A program made the position numbers and the translations under genes. From Monocercomonoides exilis PA203 (taxonomy: Eukaryota > Protista > Preaxostyla), in contig LSRY02000009.1 in assembly GCA_001643675.2 (NCBI GenBank), positions 1,736,001 through 1,800,000 of the forward strand: a stretch of DNA of 64,000 nucleotides. Reading direction: 5' to 3'. Positions within the stretch are counted from its first letter, which is position 1, and every line of letters starts with the position of its first letter. Below are positions 38,385 to 52,835 of this stretch, in pieces. The notes beneath the pieces are model-generated. The model was given only the letters and a program-made list of their open reading frames with translations. It ran no database searches and was not told the origin of the DNA.

Positions 38385-39749
38385 ATCATTGACTTTTTGA
38401 TTCATCTTGTGTTTACGTCTTTCCACTTCATAAGATTTGAGCAAAACACTTATTCTTCTTTTTTCTGCGTTCAAAAAAAAAATAAAAAATAAAAAATAAA
38501 AAAAAAACAGGAATCCGACTGAATTGATAGATTTTCATATCACATCAAAGAGAAAGCATGAAAAATGAATGTTGTTTAAAATCAAATGATAATTGTTGTT
38601 TTTTTTCTTTAGCAAAGAAAAACAAAATAACAAAAATTTATCCACAATGAAAAAGAAGATGTTTTAATAATAATTGATGTTACACGTATAATTTATTTTG
38701 ATCACAAATTTGTTAGTAGACCTTATTCAGTATGTGTGAACCACATGGTATTTGCCTTAACAAAGCCAAAAAGAAAGACAAAAATTCGAAATGAATTGTA
38801 TTTATTTGAATTGATTGAGTCAATGCAGATTGATTCACTTCTGGGAAAATGATCAAGTTTTTTGATTGTTTTTCTGCTCGAAGTTATCAAAAGATTTCCA
38901 TAAAACTATGCACTCCAAATGTATTTGAATCAATATATTTGTGATTTCTTTTTGAAAAGCGAAGTTTCACCAATTCGATATTTTCAAAATTCGATATTCA
39001 ACATTTGCTGCTGTTCAAACAATAAAAACACAAAAATAAAAGGATATTCTTTTTTTATACTTTATTGATAATTAATTTTATATGTTAAAGGAAATTAATC
39101 GTAACAGATAAAACAAAATTTTAAATACTCCAGAAATCCAAAAAATAATCACTATTGAAATTTTAACAAACTTCACAATGCTATCAATAGCTTTTGTTAT
39201 AAGTAATATGTTAAATAGATAACGAAAATAGTTTTTAAAAATTTATTTGCAACGAAAATTTTGTTGAAACGCTTAAAAAATTTCTAAAACACAATTAAAG
39301 CGAAGGAGAAATATAAGATTAGGAGAATTTGAAAAAATATCGCTGATTATAAAAGTTTGAAGGAGCAAAAACATTCGCAATTTGTTACTTCGTCCGATAA
39401 ATCAATAAAAATAACATCAATATTTTCGGACTTTTTCACATTGAAGAGCTAAATGCATACCAGTTATATATAGCAAACTGCCATGCGAATAAATGATAAA
39501 AATGTTGATAAAAACAAACTGCTTAGCATCAATATACAAGTAAAATATTAAATAAATATGATCAAATTTGTTTTATAATTTTTTATTCATTTATCATAAA
39601 CAAGATTGAGACAAATCAGAATTGATTCTATCAATTCAAAAAAGTTGGATAAAATTCAAATTGATTTAATACTTGAAAATTTATTGAATAAAATTGTTAT
39701 AGTTCTAGTGGAAAAAATTTACGTTATAAATTTGAACCATTAAAAATGT

Positions 39750-40370
39750 TTTGATAACTGAAAAATCCAAATAAGACCTTATTGTAAATACAGCATCGGG
39801 AAAAAAAAAAAGACCAGAACTACTCTTCTCCTTTTTGTGATGGAGATGCAGAAACAAAAGAATTGAAAGTGAAGGTTGATTCAACTGAAGGAACACCATC
39901 AAATTCTCATTTTGCCAGTGCAGTTCAACAGCCAGATCAAACAAAAAAATTCATTAGAAAGGCAATGCATAAAGGTAGAGTCCGCCAGCATTCCCCTTTT
40001 GAACAGTAAGAGCAAAACTACTGTCAACAGCGAAGCAGATGTTGATTCCTTTGACAAAACACCACAAACACCGTTCGCAACAACAGAATGTGCATTTGAG
40101 TAATCCGTCATATTTTTGCCAACATTTTCTTCAATAGTCAATGTGTTGCATTTGCCTTTCCAAGTGAAGCCAAAAAGATTTCATTGATTTCGTCAATTTT
40201 CCAAATCCACATTCAATTTCATTCCGATTTGCATTCTTCTTTGGATATGTTTCCATTTTCATTGTAACTTTATCAGATTTGTCGAAAATGCATTGGTTGC
40301 TTTTTTTACATTGAAAAGAAACGTTTTAAGCATCACTTGTGCATCAGCCACGTGACATTCATTGTGAGGT
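39750..40370 (-). pseudogene. Short decayed fragment, possibly of the surface-protein family
   Basis: Coding-like composition with broken ORFs (39899-40141, 39705-39944). Confidence 0.25.
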
Positions 40371-40926
40371 TTAAATCGTTTATTTGTAAATTCTATTCAA
40401 TTAGCTTTCATATTTCTAGTCTCTTTTGAGGTATTTTTACACGAGACATTTTGAAGATGCACCATTTTTTTATTGAAATGCAAACAATTTTATCAGAAAA
40501 GCGCTGGCTTTGGCGAGAATTTGCATTGATGGGAATTGCTTGGGAAGAAAAGATAGCATAATTGGAGCACAAGGAAGAGAGAAAAGAAAAAGAAGAAAAT
40601 TGAAAAGAAAGTGAAAGGATGATGTTGATGAGAAGAAGAAAGAGATGGAAGCAGGGCCAATGCAGAACGGAAAGCGAAGAACAAGAGATTGGGAAGGAAG
40701 AAGAGGCGGATGGAGTTATTTACATTTTTCAATGAGAACACTTAGCTAGAAAAAAAGGGCAAATTGTGTTTGTTCTTGTTTGCAGATTAATATTGATTTT
40801 TTTGAATGATTAAAATTTGAAGAAATGTGAGAAATGAGAAACGATTGAAATTATTTTTATTTTTATTTTTATTTTGGAAAATGTATTTTAGAGTTTTAAT
40901 AACAACACATTAAATTCTTTTTATTT

Positions 40927-40958
<32 letters not shown>

Positions 40959-41816
40959 TAATCTTTTGGAATTTCTTTCTTTCTTTCTTTCTTTCTTTTT
41001 TGAGAATATGAGAAGAGAAGATTCACATTGCACGCCCTTTCAATTGGAACAAAGGATTTTTTTAAAAGGCATATTTTCTCTGAAAAAATCAGACGAATAT
41101 TTTTGTGTTACAAACATTGGTTGTTTGCATAAATTGGATAAATATGCAAAATTGAGAAGGTGCAAGAAAGCGGGTGACGAATAAAGCAGAAGAGGTTGTT
41201 TGGATGTTTGGAGCAAAGAAGCAGAAGAAGAGGATGTTAAAGAGAGGAAATGAAGAGAAGAAGAGGGAAGAGAAGAAGAGGAATTGATCAATGAAATGAT
41301 GTGAAAGTTGGAGGAAAGTTATGAAGGGAGAGCAATTGATCAGTAGACGAATGGAAGAAAGAGAAGGTGGATGAAGAAAGACTCATCATTTTAGAGCAAT
41401 TGGAAAGGATTCATTTTATAATTCGAAACAACACATTCAAATGGTGATTTTGGTATCATTTTTTTGGATATGGCATTTTTTATTTTTTTACGCATTTATT
41501 GGACAGCAACTTCATTTTGAAAAGGTTTTTTTTGTCTTTTTTTTTTTTAAGTTTCGTCTTAATTTATTTTTTTTTTCATTTTTTTGTGTGAAAAAATTTC
41601 TCTGCATCAGCAAATACCGATTCATGCCTGACAAAAATCAAAGAAGTCACGTGCTTTGGATGCGCCCCAGATGTATTTCAAAAGCCCACAAAATGATTTG
41701 CTGAAAGAAAGATTTTTTCAATTTTCAATTTGTGTTTGAAACAATCATTAAGGGTCATTTTGATCATCCGGAAAAAAAATATTTAATTTTCAACTCAAAA
41801 TTGACTTTCATTCCGC

Positions 41817-44800
41817 ATGAGAATGCTTTTGCTCCTTTTTGCATGCTTGATTGTTGTGAAAACATTTGAAGCACAATATGTCTCTGGAACAGTCACATTT
41901 GAAAACCAAGGTCTTTTTTCAAATTTAACTTTTTAATATAACAGTATTTATTTCTGTCAAGGAAACTCAAATGATGCACTGTTTTTCACAAATGGCAATA
42001 ATGATTATTTTTCCAAACAGAGAAATGCATCAGGAATGAAAGAATGGAAAGCAGGAACATGCACAGCGATTTATTCATTTTTTCGGTTTTCCAATGCTTC
42101 AGTTGGACTGAAAAATGTTGCAATTGAACATTCTTCTTCAACGTGTGTGCTAATAACAGACAAATCGACTGTAACAATGGATTCCTGCATTTCCCACCAA
42201 AAGTCGGAATCTTTTATCCATTTGAATATCGGGTCAATCTGCCTCACAAACATGACTTTGATCCCCCAAAAGAGTTTTAACCCTTCCAGTCTCATATTTT
42301 CATCTGATGATACAAATGTTGCAATTTTGAGAAATTCCATCATTTTAGACCTGGCTGTCTCAGCTTCAAACTATTTCCTGTTATCAGGAAAGAGCAAAAG
42401 CGAACAGATTTATGACTGTTCCTTCAGGAACATGTCTGTGAAACATGCCTCGAATAGCGATCATTTTGCGGAACATTCATGTTTTCGAAGTTCAATGGAA
42501 AACTGCCTCATTTATTCGTGTGTGAATGTCTTTGAAGGAGGGATTTCGAGTGGGTCATATTTTTCACAGGAATTTATCTGCAAAAACATGACAATAAACT
42601 TTGGGAAAAGAGAAATGAATGCTCTTGAGAAAAAAGAAAAACTGGACACAACTGAAAGTCAATCATTTTCATTATGCGAATGGGAAGATTGCACAGCACC
42701 GCAAGGAGGTGCTCTTTACGTACATGACAACGCAAATGCTATTCTAACTGTTGAAAATTCTTCATTCACAAGATGCAATGCTTCATCTACAAGAGGCGGA
42801 GGAATATATGCATTGAAAATAGCTGAATGCATTGTGCTTCATTCAACATTTGCTCAATGCACATCAGCAGGAACAACAAATTTCGGAGGAGGAGGAATTC
42901 AATTAGAATTTATTTATGCTCAATCAATGGTTGATGATTGCTTTTTTCAAAGCTGTTCTTCAGGAAACGATGCAGGTGCAATATACGTCATTGAGTCAAA
43001 AACTCAAAGGCAGAAAGAATGCATTATTAATTCATTTTTTTATAACTGTCAATGCTACGGAGCAATCGATGGGGCGGGGGGAGCAATTATTCATTGGTAT
43101 CCAACGGACAAAGTCATTGTTTCAAATTGTCTGTTTTGCAACAGCTATTCTATGTGTGGAGGTGGAGCTATTGTACTGTTTGTAAAATCAAATAACGATG
43201 GAATTTTATTATATTTCTGCTTTTTCCACAATAATTCCTGCGAAATAGGTGGCCATGATATTGTTCTTCAAAATTCTGCTGCAAATAACATCGATTCAAC
43301 CTGCTACTCCACAAGGAATACATCAAATAGAGTCAGTTTAGATTATTTGAGAGTTGTTGATAAAAGCGAATGGCTTCAAAACGATTTAGGAAGAATCAGA
43401 TTTGTTTCTTCGAACGAAACACAACCTAATGCCAAAGACACATATGTATGTGGACGGGATGAAAGCCATCCATGCTCTACCATCAGCCGTTGCCTGACAC
43501 AACTAATTCCTGAATATGTGACTGATATCGAGATTCTCACAGGAACGATAACAGAGACAAAAAATGTGAATTGTGGAGCCAAAGCTTTCACAATATACGG
43601 CCAAAGTGATTTGAGCACAGCAATTCAAACAGAATTTGAAGAATCAGATTTATCTCTTTTTTCTGTCTCAATAGGAAAATTAGCTGTCAAAAACCTTGCT
43701 GTTGTGCATGACTCTGCATATGATAATAATAGAGCTTCAAAGCTGTTTGAGATCACAGAAACAGGAGAGATACATGCAAGTGGGCTGAACATATCAACCG
43801 GAAGTGAGCAAACTTCAGAAACAGCTTTTTCATCAGAATTGATAAACATTCAGAGTGGTATGCTGCAGATGGAAAATGTGAAATGGGCAAAGACAATCTC
43901 CACTGTTTCGTTGTTTTCCCTTTCTTCAACAAATGAGATCTCATTGACACTATCAGAATGCACCTTTGATGAAATTGAGAGAACAACAAGCGGAACAGCT
44001 GTGATGTCGTTTTCCAATGACAAGATTAACATCAACCTGAATTCTTGCACTTTTGAAGGATGTGGAAGCACAGGTTCAGAAAATGGAGGGTCAACGATGC
44101 TTTGTGTTGGGAATGGAAATGAAGTGAAAGTGAAAGGCGGATCTTTTGATGATTGCTTTTGTTCTTCTTCCAATGGTCTTGGGGGAGGAATCTTTCTTCT
44201 ATTGTTGACTGAAAATCCAGATTTCTTGATTTCTTCCTCCTTTGGCACAAACACAGCCAAGCGGGGAAAAGACATCTTTGTCATTTCACCCAATCTGGAA
44301 GTGACTTCAAAGTCACAAAAAATCACATGCGTCACTGTCTCTTTGGATTCTTTTGACAAGGTTAGAGGATATGACAATGGAAACAACAGTGTGGCCATTC
44401 CTCTGTGTATCTATCTCCTTCCCACTCCAGAAGAAATACAAGTGAGTAGCAATGAGGCATCTGATCACTCACATTGTGGAATTGTCCAATTCCCTTGTTT
44501 GACCTTGAAACACTCACTCACAAGGCCAACAGGAGAAAAGAAAATTGTTGCGAGTGGAATGGTTGCGATGAGCGAAAAATTGGCCTTTGCGGGACAGAAA
44601 CATGAAATACGAGGAAACGATGATCAGAGTGGCTGGACAGTTTCCGATTCAAGTGAAACATCCAACTCAGCGATGATAACAGCAAGTGTTGAAACAATCT
44701 TGTCAAAACTTATCTTCTCTCTTCCTTCTTCTCTTTCATCACATTCCACTTTTATTTCATCTTCTTCACAACTAACTCTGTCTCATTGCGTTCTTTCTCT

Positions 44801-47800
44801 TCAGAATCATTCATCAGAATTATCTTTTCTATTCTTATCTATTGAGTCTGGGACATTGGATATTGATTCATTTTCTGCTTTATCAATCACTGTGAATGAA
44901 AATCCATTGATCTCATTGTATGGAAGCAGCACAGAGGCCGAGTTTATGAATACTCCCTGGCTAAACATGACGAACAGCAATTTCACAGAAATCAAAAGGG
45001 CAGCTGGAGATGGAAGCTGCGTGAGCATTGACAACAGCGATGATGAAAATACAAATGCAGAAATAAATATTAAAGAATGTGATTTTGATGAATGCTCCGT
45101 GCTGGCAGATGAGAGCAAAGGAGGGGCTCTCAATGTGCAGATGAAAGGGAATAGTCATATGAATATTGTTTCATGCACATTTACAGGATGCACAGCACTA
45201 GCTGGAGAAGAAGGGAAAACTGGATTTGGAGGAGGAATGGCACTGAAATTGATTGATGACTATTCTTCATTTGTGATCTCATCACCTATTTTCGATAAAG
45301 AAAAGCCAAATGTTGCAAAGTGTGGAAATGATTTGTTTGTGGAAGCATTGAACTTGACGAAGAGCATCACAAACACCTCTCTTCCATTTGTGCTTGGGCA
45401 TTTGGCAGACATTTCCTTGAATTCAATGAAAGGCTTTGATGGGAGTGACACAACGAATGCTGTTCCATTGATCTATTTTTGGCTTTCACTTGGAGCACAG
45501 ATATTTATTGGAGACAAAGGAAAAGATATGGGTGCATGTGGGTTTTCAGATTATCCTTGTCTTTCAATTGATTATTGTTTGGGTCGATTGCCTGAAGGAA
45601 ATGAAAAGAATATTAACATCATTGGAAAAGGAGTTTTAAAGAAATGTGTTGAACTCAGTGGAATTTCAATAAGCTCAATTAATACTGAAGAATGCTCTTT
45701 GGAGTGTCTCTCATCACTTGAAGGAGCAGGAGCAGCAATGAAGATTTCTGGAATATCCAATTTCGAACTGATTCACTTTGTGATTCCATCTTCATTCACA
45801 GGTAGAGTCAATTATTTGATGCATGTTGGCTCAAGCGAGGAATTGTTGACTGTGAAAGATTGTTCATTCAGCAAAAATGAGGAAAGCAGAGAAGAAGAAA
45901 TGATTAACTTTGGGCTGATCAAAGCAGATGGAGGCGCAGTTCAATTGGAATTTGTAACATTGCAATCGCTTAGCTTTTCAGAGGATGTTATTTCTGTGTT
46001 ATCTTCAACGATTTTGAACATTAAAAATTTGACAATGAAGAATGTTGTGCTGTATGAGGCAAGTGAATTGAGGATATCAAAGAGCATAGGGAGAGAAAAA
46101 AATGAAGTTGGACAGAATGTTGTTATTGAGTGGAGTATGTTTGAAGATATAACTCAGAACACAACAGAAAACATTCCTATCATTCAGAATATGAATGATG
46201 AACCATTGAAAATAGTTATAAGAAATACAACGACGAAGAAATGCGGAGGGTTGAAGTGTGGAAAGGGAGGAGGGATATTTTGTATGTTGAATGAGGGAGG
46301 AATATTTGATTGCTCATTTTGCACGATTTCTGAGTGCTTCTGCTCAACCATAGGAAGAGGTGGGTGGCTGTTTCTGGAATGCACATCAGTGTCTGAGCAG
46401 CCTCTGAATTTTGTTCTGTCAAATATCACATTCAAAGACAACTCAGCGTTTAGAGGAAGAGATGTGTATGTGAAATGTCACTCAATCGAAACACAGATTG
46501 TTGATGAGCTATTCTTGCTGGATTTCAGATTGCCATTTGTGAAGGATCTGGCAATGTGGGCATGCACAACAGACTCGTTTGTTGGGGAAGAAGATCTTCT
46601 GCTGAGAGTGGTGAAATATCTGAGCGAGACAATATTTGTATCTTCAGTTTCTGAAAATCACAAAGATAGCAAGCAATGTGGAGAGTTCAACATGCCTTGT
46701 GAGTCATTGAGTGAGGGAGTGCAACACATTATTCCTTCATCGTATTCTCAGCTGTTAGTCTCAGAGGAAACAATCATCAATGGGGAATGTGATGTGCATG
46801 ATTTGACCATTCGCTCATTGCAATCTCCCTCAGCTGCTTTGGTTCATTTGAACCCAACAATTGCTGGTAAAGAGGGAAGTCTTTTCACAACCACAGAGAA
46901 TATTCGAATTGAAAGATTGAAATTCAACTTTGCTCAATCATTTTCATATTCTGGAAGTTCAATCATTCACGAAACATGTGGGCAGCTTTCTCTTTCATCT
47001 ATTGACTTTTCTTCGATTTTGGAATCAGACATTGAATCTGTTGTTCTCAATTCAACATTGTTGAACATTGAAAATGGAATTCTTCATGTTGACAACTGCT
47101 CAATTTCAATGCTTTCATTCAAGAAGCCTTCATTTTTGCTGAATGGAGATGAGATTAATTTTACAAATGTTAAACTGAAACAAATCGAATCAACAACAGA
47201 TGTATTTGAGATTGACAATTGTGGAAGTGTTGCTTTCAATGGAGTGTATGCGGATGAAGTGAAGCTGTCTGATGGTTGTGTCATTGTGATAAACGATTCA
47301 ATTTCAGAAACCGTTTCCATTGGAATCTGCTCATTCAACAACTGTTCAAGGAACTCAGAAGGCGCTTCTGTTTTCTCGGCTTCATCAACCTCTGCTCATT
47401 TCGAGTTTTCAAACTGTTCTTGCACGAATTGCTATTCTCTGTCCGACAAAGGAAGTGTTGTTGAGGTGCATGATATGAAGGATGTTTCGATGCATATGTG
47501 TGAGATTGAGGGAGTGCTTATGAAAGAAAGGGAAAATGAAAGAATAAACTCTTTTGAAGATATCTGTCAATGGAATGGATCACTTGTTCATTCATCAAAT
47601 TCTTCGTTAGTGATGAAGGATGTGATTATTTCGAATTCTTCGTTAGGCGGATTATCCATTTTTTCTGGCAATGTGACGATTGAGAAAGGAGAGTTTATGA
47701 ACAACAATCCATTCATTGAAATATATCCCTCTCTTCGTCGAAACATCATTTGTTCAGATTCTGCTTCATTGACCATTTCGAGCTTGAAAGGTGGAGATGG

Positions 47801-49592
47801 GGTGAAAGACAATTCTTCTCTTTGGATTTTGAATGATGGATGCACACTTGATGGAATTGCTGGAGAAAGATTATCTCCTTTCTTCATTCCCAGACTGGAA
47901 GATGTTTCTGTGAATGAAAATGAAAGCAACATTTTTATCCAATTCAAGGGATATTTTTTCATGCCATGTGACTTGTCATTCAGACTTGTGTATAAAACAG
48001 GGGATGTGGAGTTGGTTGAGACTTATCACTTTGAGGAAGACAGTTTCATATCAGAAACTGAGGTGATTGGAATTATTCCATCAGAGAATATTTCAACAAC
48101 TGGAGACGAAACAGAGGTATCAGTGATGATTTTGTTTGGAAAGCAATTGGCTGCGACTTCTCCACAGATTCTGAAGAACAAAACAGAACCAAAGCCTGGA
48201 AATGATAAAGTGGTGGAAGGAGGAAAAGAAGAAAAATCTTATTGGTTACAAATTGTAATTATTATGGCATTTATTCTTCTTATCATTTTGATAATTGCAG
48301 TTATTTCAACAGTCAGATGGAGAAAGGCAAAGAATGAGGCAAAGGATTTGAGAGAGATTGTGAATGACAACATCAAAAAGGATCCGAAGGCATTCGAGAT
48401 GGTGACGATGGAGATGTCTCCCGAGGAGCAGTGGAGGAGGGCAGAGAGGGAGGCTGAGAAGAAGAATGAAGAAAGGATCAAGAAAATGGTGTATGCAAAA
48501 AGTTTGGGACATTCAGAATCATCGGAGCATCTTCTTTCTGAGAGTGGATCAACAGAATACATTTTGGGGAAAGACTCAGACAAAATCCCTCAATGGGCTC
48601 TGGAGAAAGTTGAAGAAGAGGAAATAAGAAAGCAGACTCCATCGCCATCAATTTCTTCGACATGTTCAACTGATTCAGATTCAACATTTGTTCGATCGGA
48701 GAGTCTGTGCCCCACAACCTCATCGATGTCGAATCTTGTCGATGCAATGGCCTGCTCATCGCCTCACGAGAAGCTGATTGTGGACTTGAGGGATTCGCTG
48801 TTCATGCTGCTGCATGGAAGGAATGAGAAGAAAGAGATGGCGATAGGCACTCTTCAGCAAAGAGAGCAAACAGCTTCCCAGATTCTGTTTTGGGTGGCTA
48901 ATCTCTCACTCCACTCGTTTGATGAAATGGAAAACCCTCTTTCTTCTCTTGCCAATCTGAGTCCTCACATTGTACTATTCTCCGAACACATGGTGATCTG
49001 CATTGTGATGCATTCAGACGTTTTGTTAGATGATGATTCAGACTCATCTTCCATCTCGTCATCAACTGTTGTGACTTCTGTCAGTGGCAATTATGATGAA
49101 GAAGACTCTCTTCCCTCATCAGCATTTGAGGATGAAGATAGTTTCAAAAAAGAGTGCCTGAGGTGGAAGGCACCCGAGCTGCAGGTGAACAAGAAGAGGG
49201 AAGCGACGAAGGAATCTGTTTCATTCTCGATCGGAATGATGCTGTGGGAGTGTCTGACTCTTCAGATTCCGTTTGGTGATTATGAGGCAGAAGTGGCAGG
49301 ACAGAAGATAGTGAATGGAGAAAGGCATGATTGTAAAGCCATCAAAGGCAGTTCACTCTGTGGATTGATAGAAAGGAGCGGAAAACAGTCAGCAGAGGAG
49401 AGACCCGGGCTGAACGAGCTGAAGCGGGAGTTTATCCAGCACTTTCCAGCTGGTTCATTGATGCTCACCGTTTCTGATGCAATTGGGGTTTATTCTATCC
49501 ATGATGGGGATCTCAGGATCAATGAAAGAGGAAGGTCAGGAAGCGAATCATATTCAACAACAAGCATCCATTTTATCACTGATTCTCGTTGA
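41817..49592 (+). CDS. Very large single-pass receptor-like protein: Cys-rich beta-helix (pectin-lyase/Pmp-like) ectodomain, TM helix, C-terminal kinase-like (pseudokinase) lobe
   Basis: 2518 aa ORF plus an in-frame signal peptide MRMLLLLFACLIVV at 41817. The TAA at 41934 could be removed by a 51 nt GT-AG intron (41911-41961). Repeated GGA(I/L)Y motifs and four D..CG....PC modules; TM YWLQIVIIMAFILLIILIIAVI; RWKAPEL, FSIGMMLWECLT..IPF, ERP. Confidence 0.85.
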
Positions 49593-49883
49593 TACTGTTG
49601 CTGAAAAATATTAACAAAAAAAAGGATCAAAAGGAAACAATGTTGGAGAGATTTGAAAAATGAGATTGAGTGAAAGTTTTATTTAGCCTTTGTTTTCTTT
49701 AGCCTTAATTGATTATTTGCAACCTCTGAAAAAAAGAAAAACACTCCTTTGCAAAGGAGGTACCATTATTTCAAGGAACAACGATTATTAGTCTTTTAAT
49801 GTTTTTGTTTATTAGAAAATTAAACAAAAGGAAGTTTTCAAAAAAAAAAAAATATCATATTTTTTTGTCAATGATTCTCATGA

Positions 49884-49982
49884 GAAACATCATTTGTGGG
49901 AAAATATGGACTTTCAAGCTTTTTATACACAAAGCATGAAAAAATAGTTTCGCTCATAACTTAATTTCACTTTCTCAGATTT
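49884..49982 (+). repeat. Transposon-end-like dispersed repeat (same family as 14270-14449)
   Basis: tgggaaaatatggactttcaagc...aagcatgaaaaaatagtttcgctcataac...tcagat; a weaker copy at ~52732-52800. Confidence 0.65.
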
Positions 49983-50213
49983 CAAAATAAATTTGATTTT
50001 CATATCTGCAAACAGGCATTGTTGAAATCAAAACATAAAGATTTTTAACATTTCACGAATGTCAAAAAATGGGCTCATTTATATTGTGTTTTCTGATATA
50101 AAATAGTCAATGAAAAGTGCATAATTTTTTTCTGAAAATGCATGAAGTTAAATAATTTGCCCCAAATAAGAATTTTCTTTCTTTTGAACAAAAGCACATA
50201 TTTTTGTTTCACT

Positions 50214-50265
<52 letters not shown>

Positions 50266-50893
50266 AAAAAAATAATATCGTTTTCGAAATAAATGACATT
50301 ATGAAATTTGATCCGATGTGTTAATGAAATTACAACGGTATATCAAAGAGGAATTTTCAGCATATGGACAATTATTTTTGTAGTCAAATGTTTTCATTAA
50401 AAAATAACGGTTCGAAATTTTGTGAAGAATATTTATGATATAACACTGAAAAGTGATGGATTTATAAAACGGCTCCTCTTCAATTTTTTCGTTTCTTTCT
50501 TTGGCTTTTGCAATAATAGACATACATTCAACATTCAGATGAAAATTGATAGGGAAACAACGAAAAACCTGTGAATATTCAACATTCAAAAAAAATGTTA
50601 TGATTTCAAAATTTTTCACCTATATCAAAAAATAAATCTGTTTTGGCAATTCATTTTTTGAAATGAAAAATTTTTTCTGCAGTTCAAAAATTATCAATCG
50701 AAACGGTTGAAGTGAAATTTTATTTTTGATTTCATATGTTAACTGATTGGGGGAAAAATATTTCTATGCAAACAGATTTTTCTTTAAAAGAATTAAAATA
50801 GTCAAAATGATGAAAATAATAAAAAAATAGAAAGATTAAATCACAATAATCAATGAATAAAACTGAAACGGTGAAGCTTATAAAAAAATGGAA

Positions 50894-51899
50894 GGGCTCT
50901 ATTTTTATCTTAACCTATTTTCTTAATCCAGACCTTTTTCTTTTTGGTCATGCCAACAGCTATACACAAGCCTGCGATAAATAAAAAATTACCAGATATG
51001 TTTGAAATGTTTTTATTTCCACATTCTGTATTTTTTTCAATATTTCATGTTTTTCAAAAAGATCGAGGATAATAATAATTTTATGTTTTGATCATTGACT
51101 TGCTGCTTTTCCAGCGAATATTTTTTATCAGAAGTTTTTAGCTATCATATCATAATACATCGTTTCTTTTTTATAAGTTGAACTTGTTCGATACTTTCTC
51201 AACTGGTTTTTTTTTCCTTTTTTCTCATTTCACACATATTTTCAAAAAACACGATTTTAAGGACACATATGAATTTGTTTTGAAATTTATTGAAATGATA
51301 AATAAACATTATAATAATAAAACGATTCTTGTGTGTTAAAACGATAATTTATTTGTGAATGCTTAGTAATTTGAATAACAAAAAAATCATATATGCATGC
51401 TTTTCAGTTAAAATTCTTGAAAAGTTCCTTTTCATTTCAATGCTTTATACAAATAAACTTTTAATAAGACTTTGTGTATTTTTTTCATTTTAATAAAATT
51501 TGACACTTACACTTGTTTATATCTAAAATCGTGTTTTATTCATAAACAGTGAAATGAGAAAAAAAGATTAAAAATTAATTTGAAAAAGGAAAAAACAAGT
51601 TGAAAAAATAATACAGGAATGCGGAATTGAGATGTTATGGCTAAAACGTTCAGTATGAAATATTCGCTTCACGGCCAGCAAGTCTTTTATCTGGGTCCAA
51701 AAATAATAAATTTTTTGAATATTTTTTTGAACATTAAAACTTTAAAACGTTTTTCGACAGAATTTTGAAAAACATAAATATCAAGAAGTCCATTTGTTTT
51801 GTTTTTGTTTTTAGCCTTTTCACAAATCAAAATAGCATAAATAAGTTTCAAAAAAATGGGTTGAGATAAAAATTTGAGTTCAAGATAAAATATGCACCC
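50894..51899. mobile_element. ~1 kb diverged foldback/MITE-like inverted repeat
   Basis: Symmetric blocks centred near 51390-51396: gggctctatttttatctt / aagataaaatatgcaccc; gacttgctg..agcgaatattt / aaatattcgct..cagcaagtc; ttctcatttcac / gtgaaatgagaa; aaaacacgattttaa / taaaatcgtgtttt. Confidence 0.7.
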
Positions 51900-52835
51900 T
51901 ATTCAGATAGAAATATATCAATTTGAAAATTTTTAGTTGCTAACTCCAAACAATCAAATTTATTTATGTTTGTTTAAACTTAACAAAAAAAGAAAACATC
52001 TTTGCTTTTTTGAAGAAATTGGTGATTAAATATGATACAGAATATTCAAAAAATCCAGATATGATCGGTTTTGCAGTATCAACAACAGAAGAAATTCATA
52101 TTATTTTTTGTGAAATATGTCAAAAATTTTTTAGAAAAGATCCTTATGTTTAATTTTCAAACAAAGAAAATATTACATATTCTGATTATATTTCTGTTGT
52201 CACTCACAAAACCACAAACAAATCAACATATAAACGTTGAAAAGAATTTATTTTCATGATATCGAAATTTGGTCAGTGCGAACAGATAATAAATAATAAT
52301 ATGAAAATTTTTCTTTATTAGTAAATAAATCAAATGGAACTTTTCAAAAAATATAGACAAATATATTTTAAAAAGTCTGAATAGCATAATAAAAAACAAA
52401 AATTTGTTGTTTCTATTGAAAATTGCGTTTTAATAAAGAATTTTCAAAATTAAAAATATGACACAAATTTTTTTTAAATTTATTTATTAATTTTTTTTCT
52501 ATGTTAAGTCACATCGAATACAATCATAATTGGATATAGTCACGAAAAGTTGTGCAAAACCCGATGTGATAATATCCGGTTTTGACTGTTATATTAAAAG
52601 TTGTAAATCTGTTTAAAACAAGTATGCATATCACATATACAAAAATAAAAATTGGTTCAATGTGCTCAATTCTGCAAATTGCATTTTCCTGCTTTTTTTA
52701 TTTTCAATAAAATACAACGCTCTGAATATTCGGTGCAAAACATGGACTTTCAGGTATTTTTTGAACTATTCTTAAAATCAAAATTTCTATCATAACTTCA
52801 TGAGACTCACTGCAAATATGTATTAATTGATTTTA

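Noticed and set aside
42071-49468. Numerous short antisense ORFs inside the large receptor gene and the other CDSs
   Set aside because: Shadow ORFs of real coding sequence with no independent signal.
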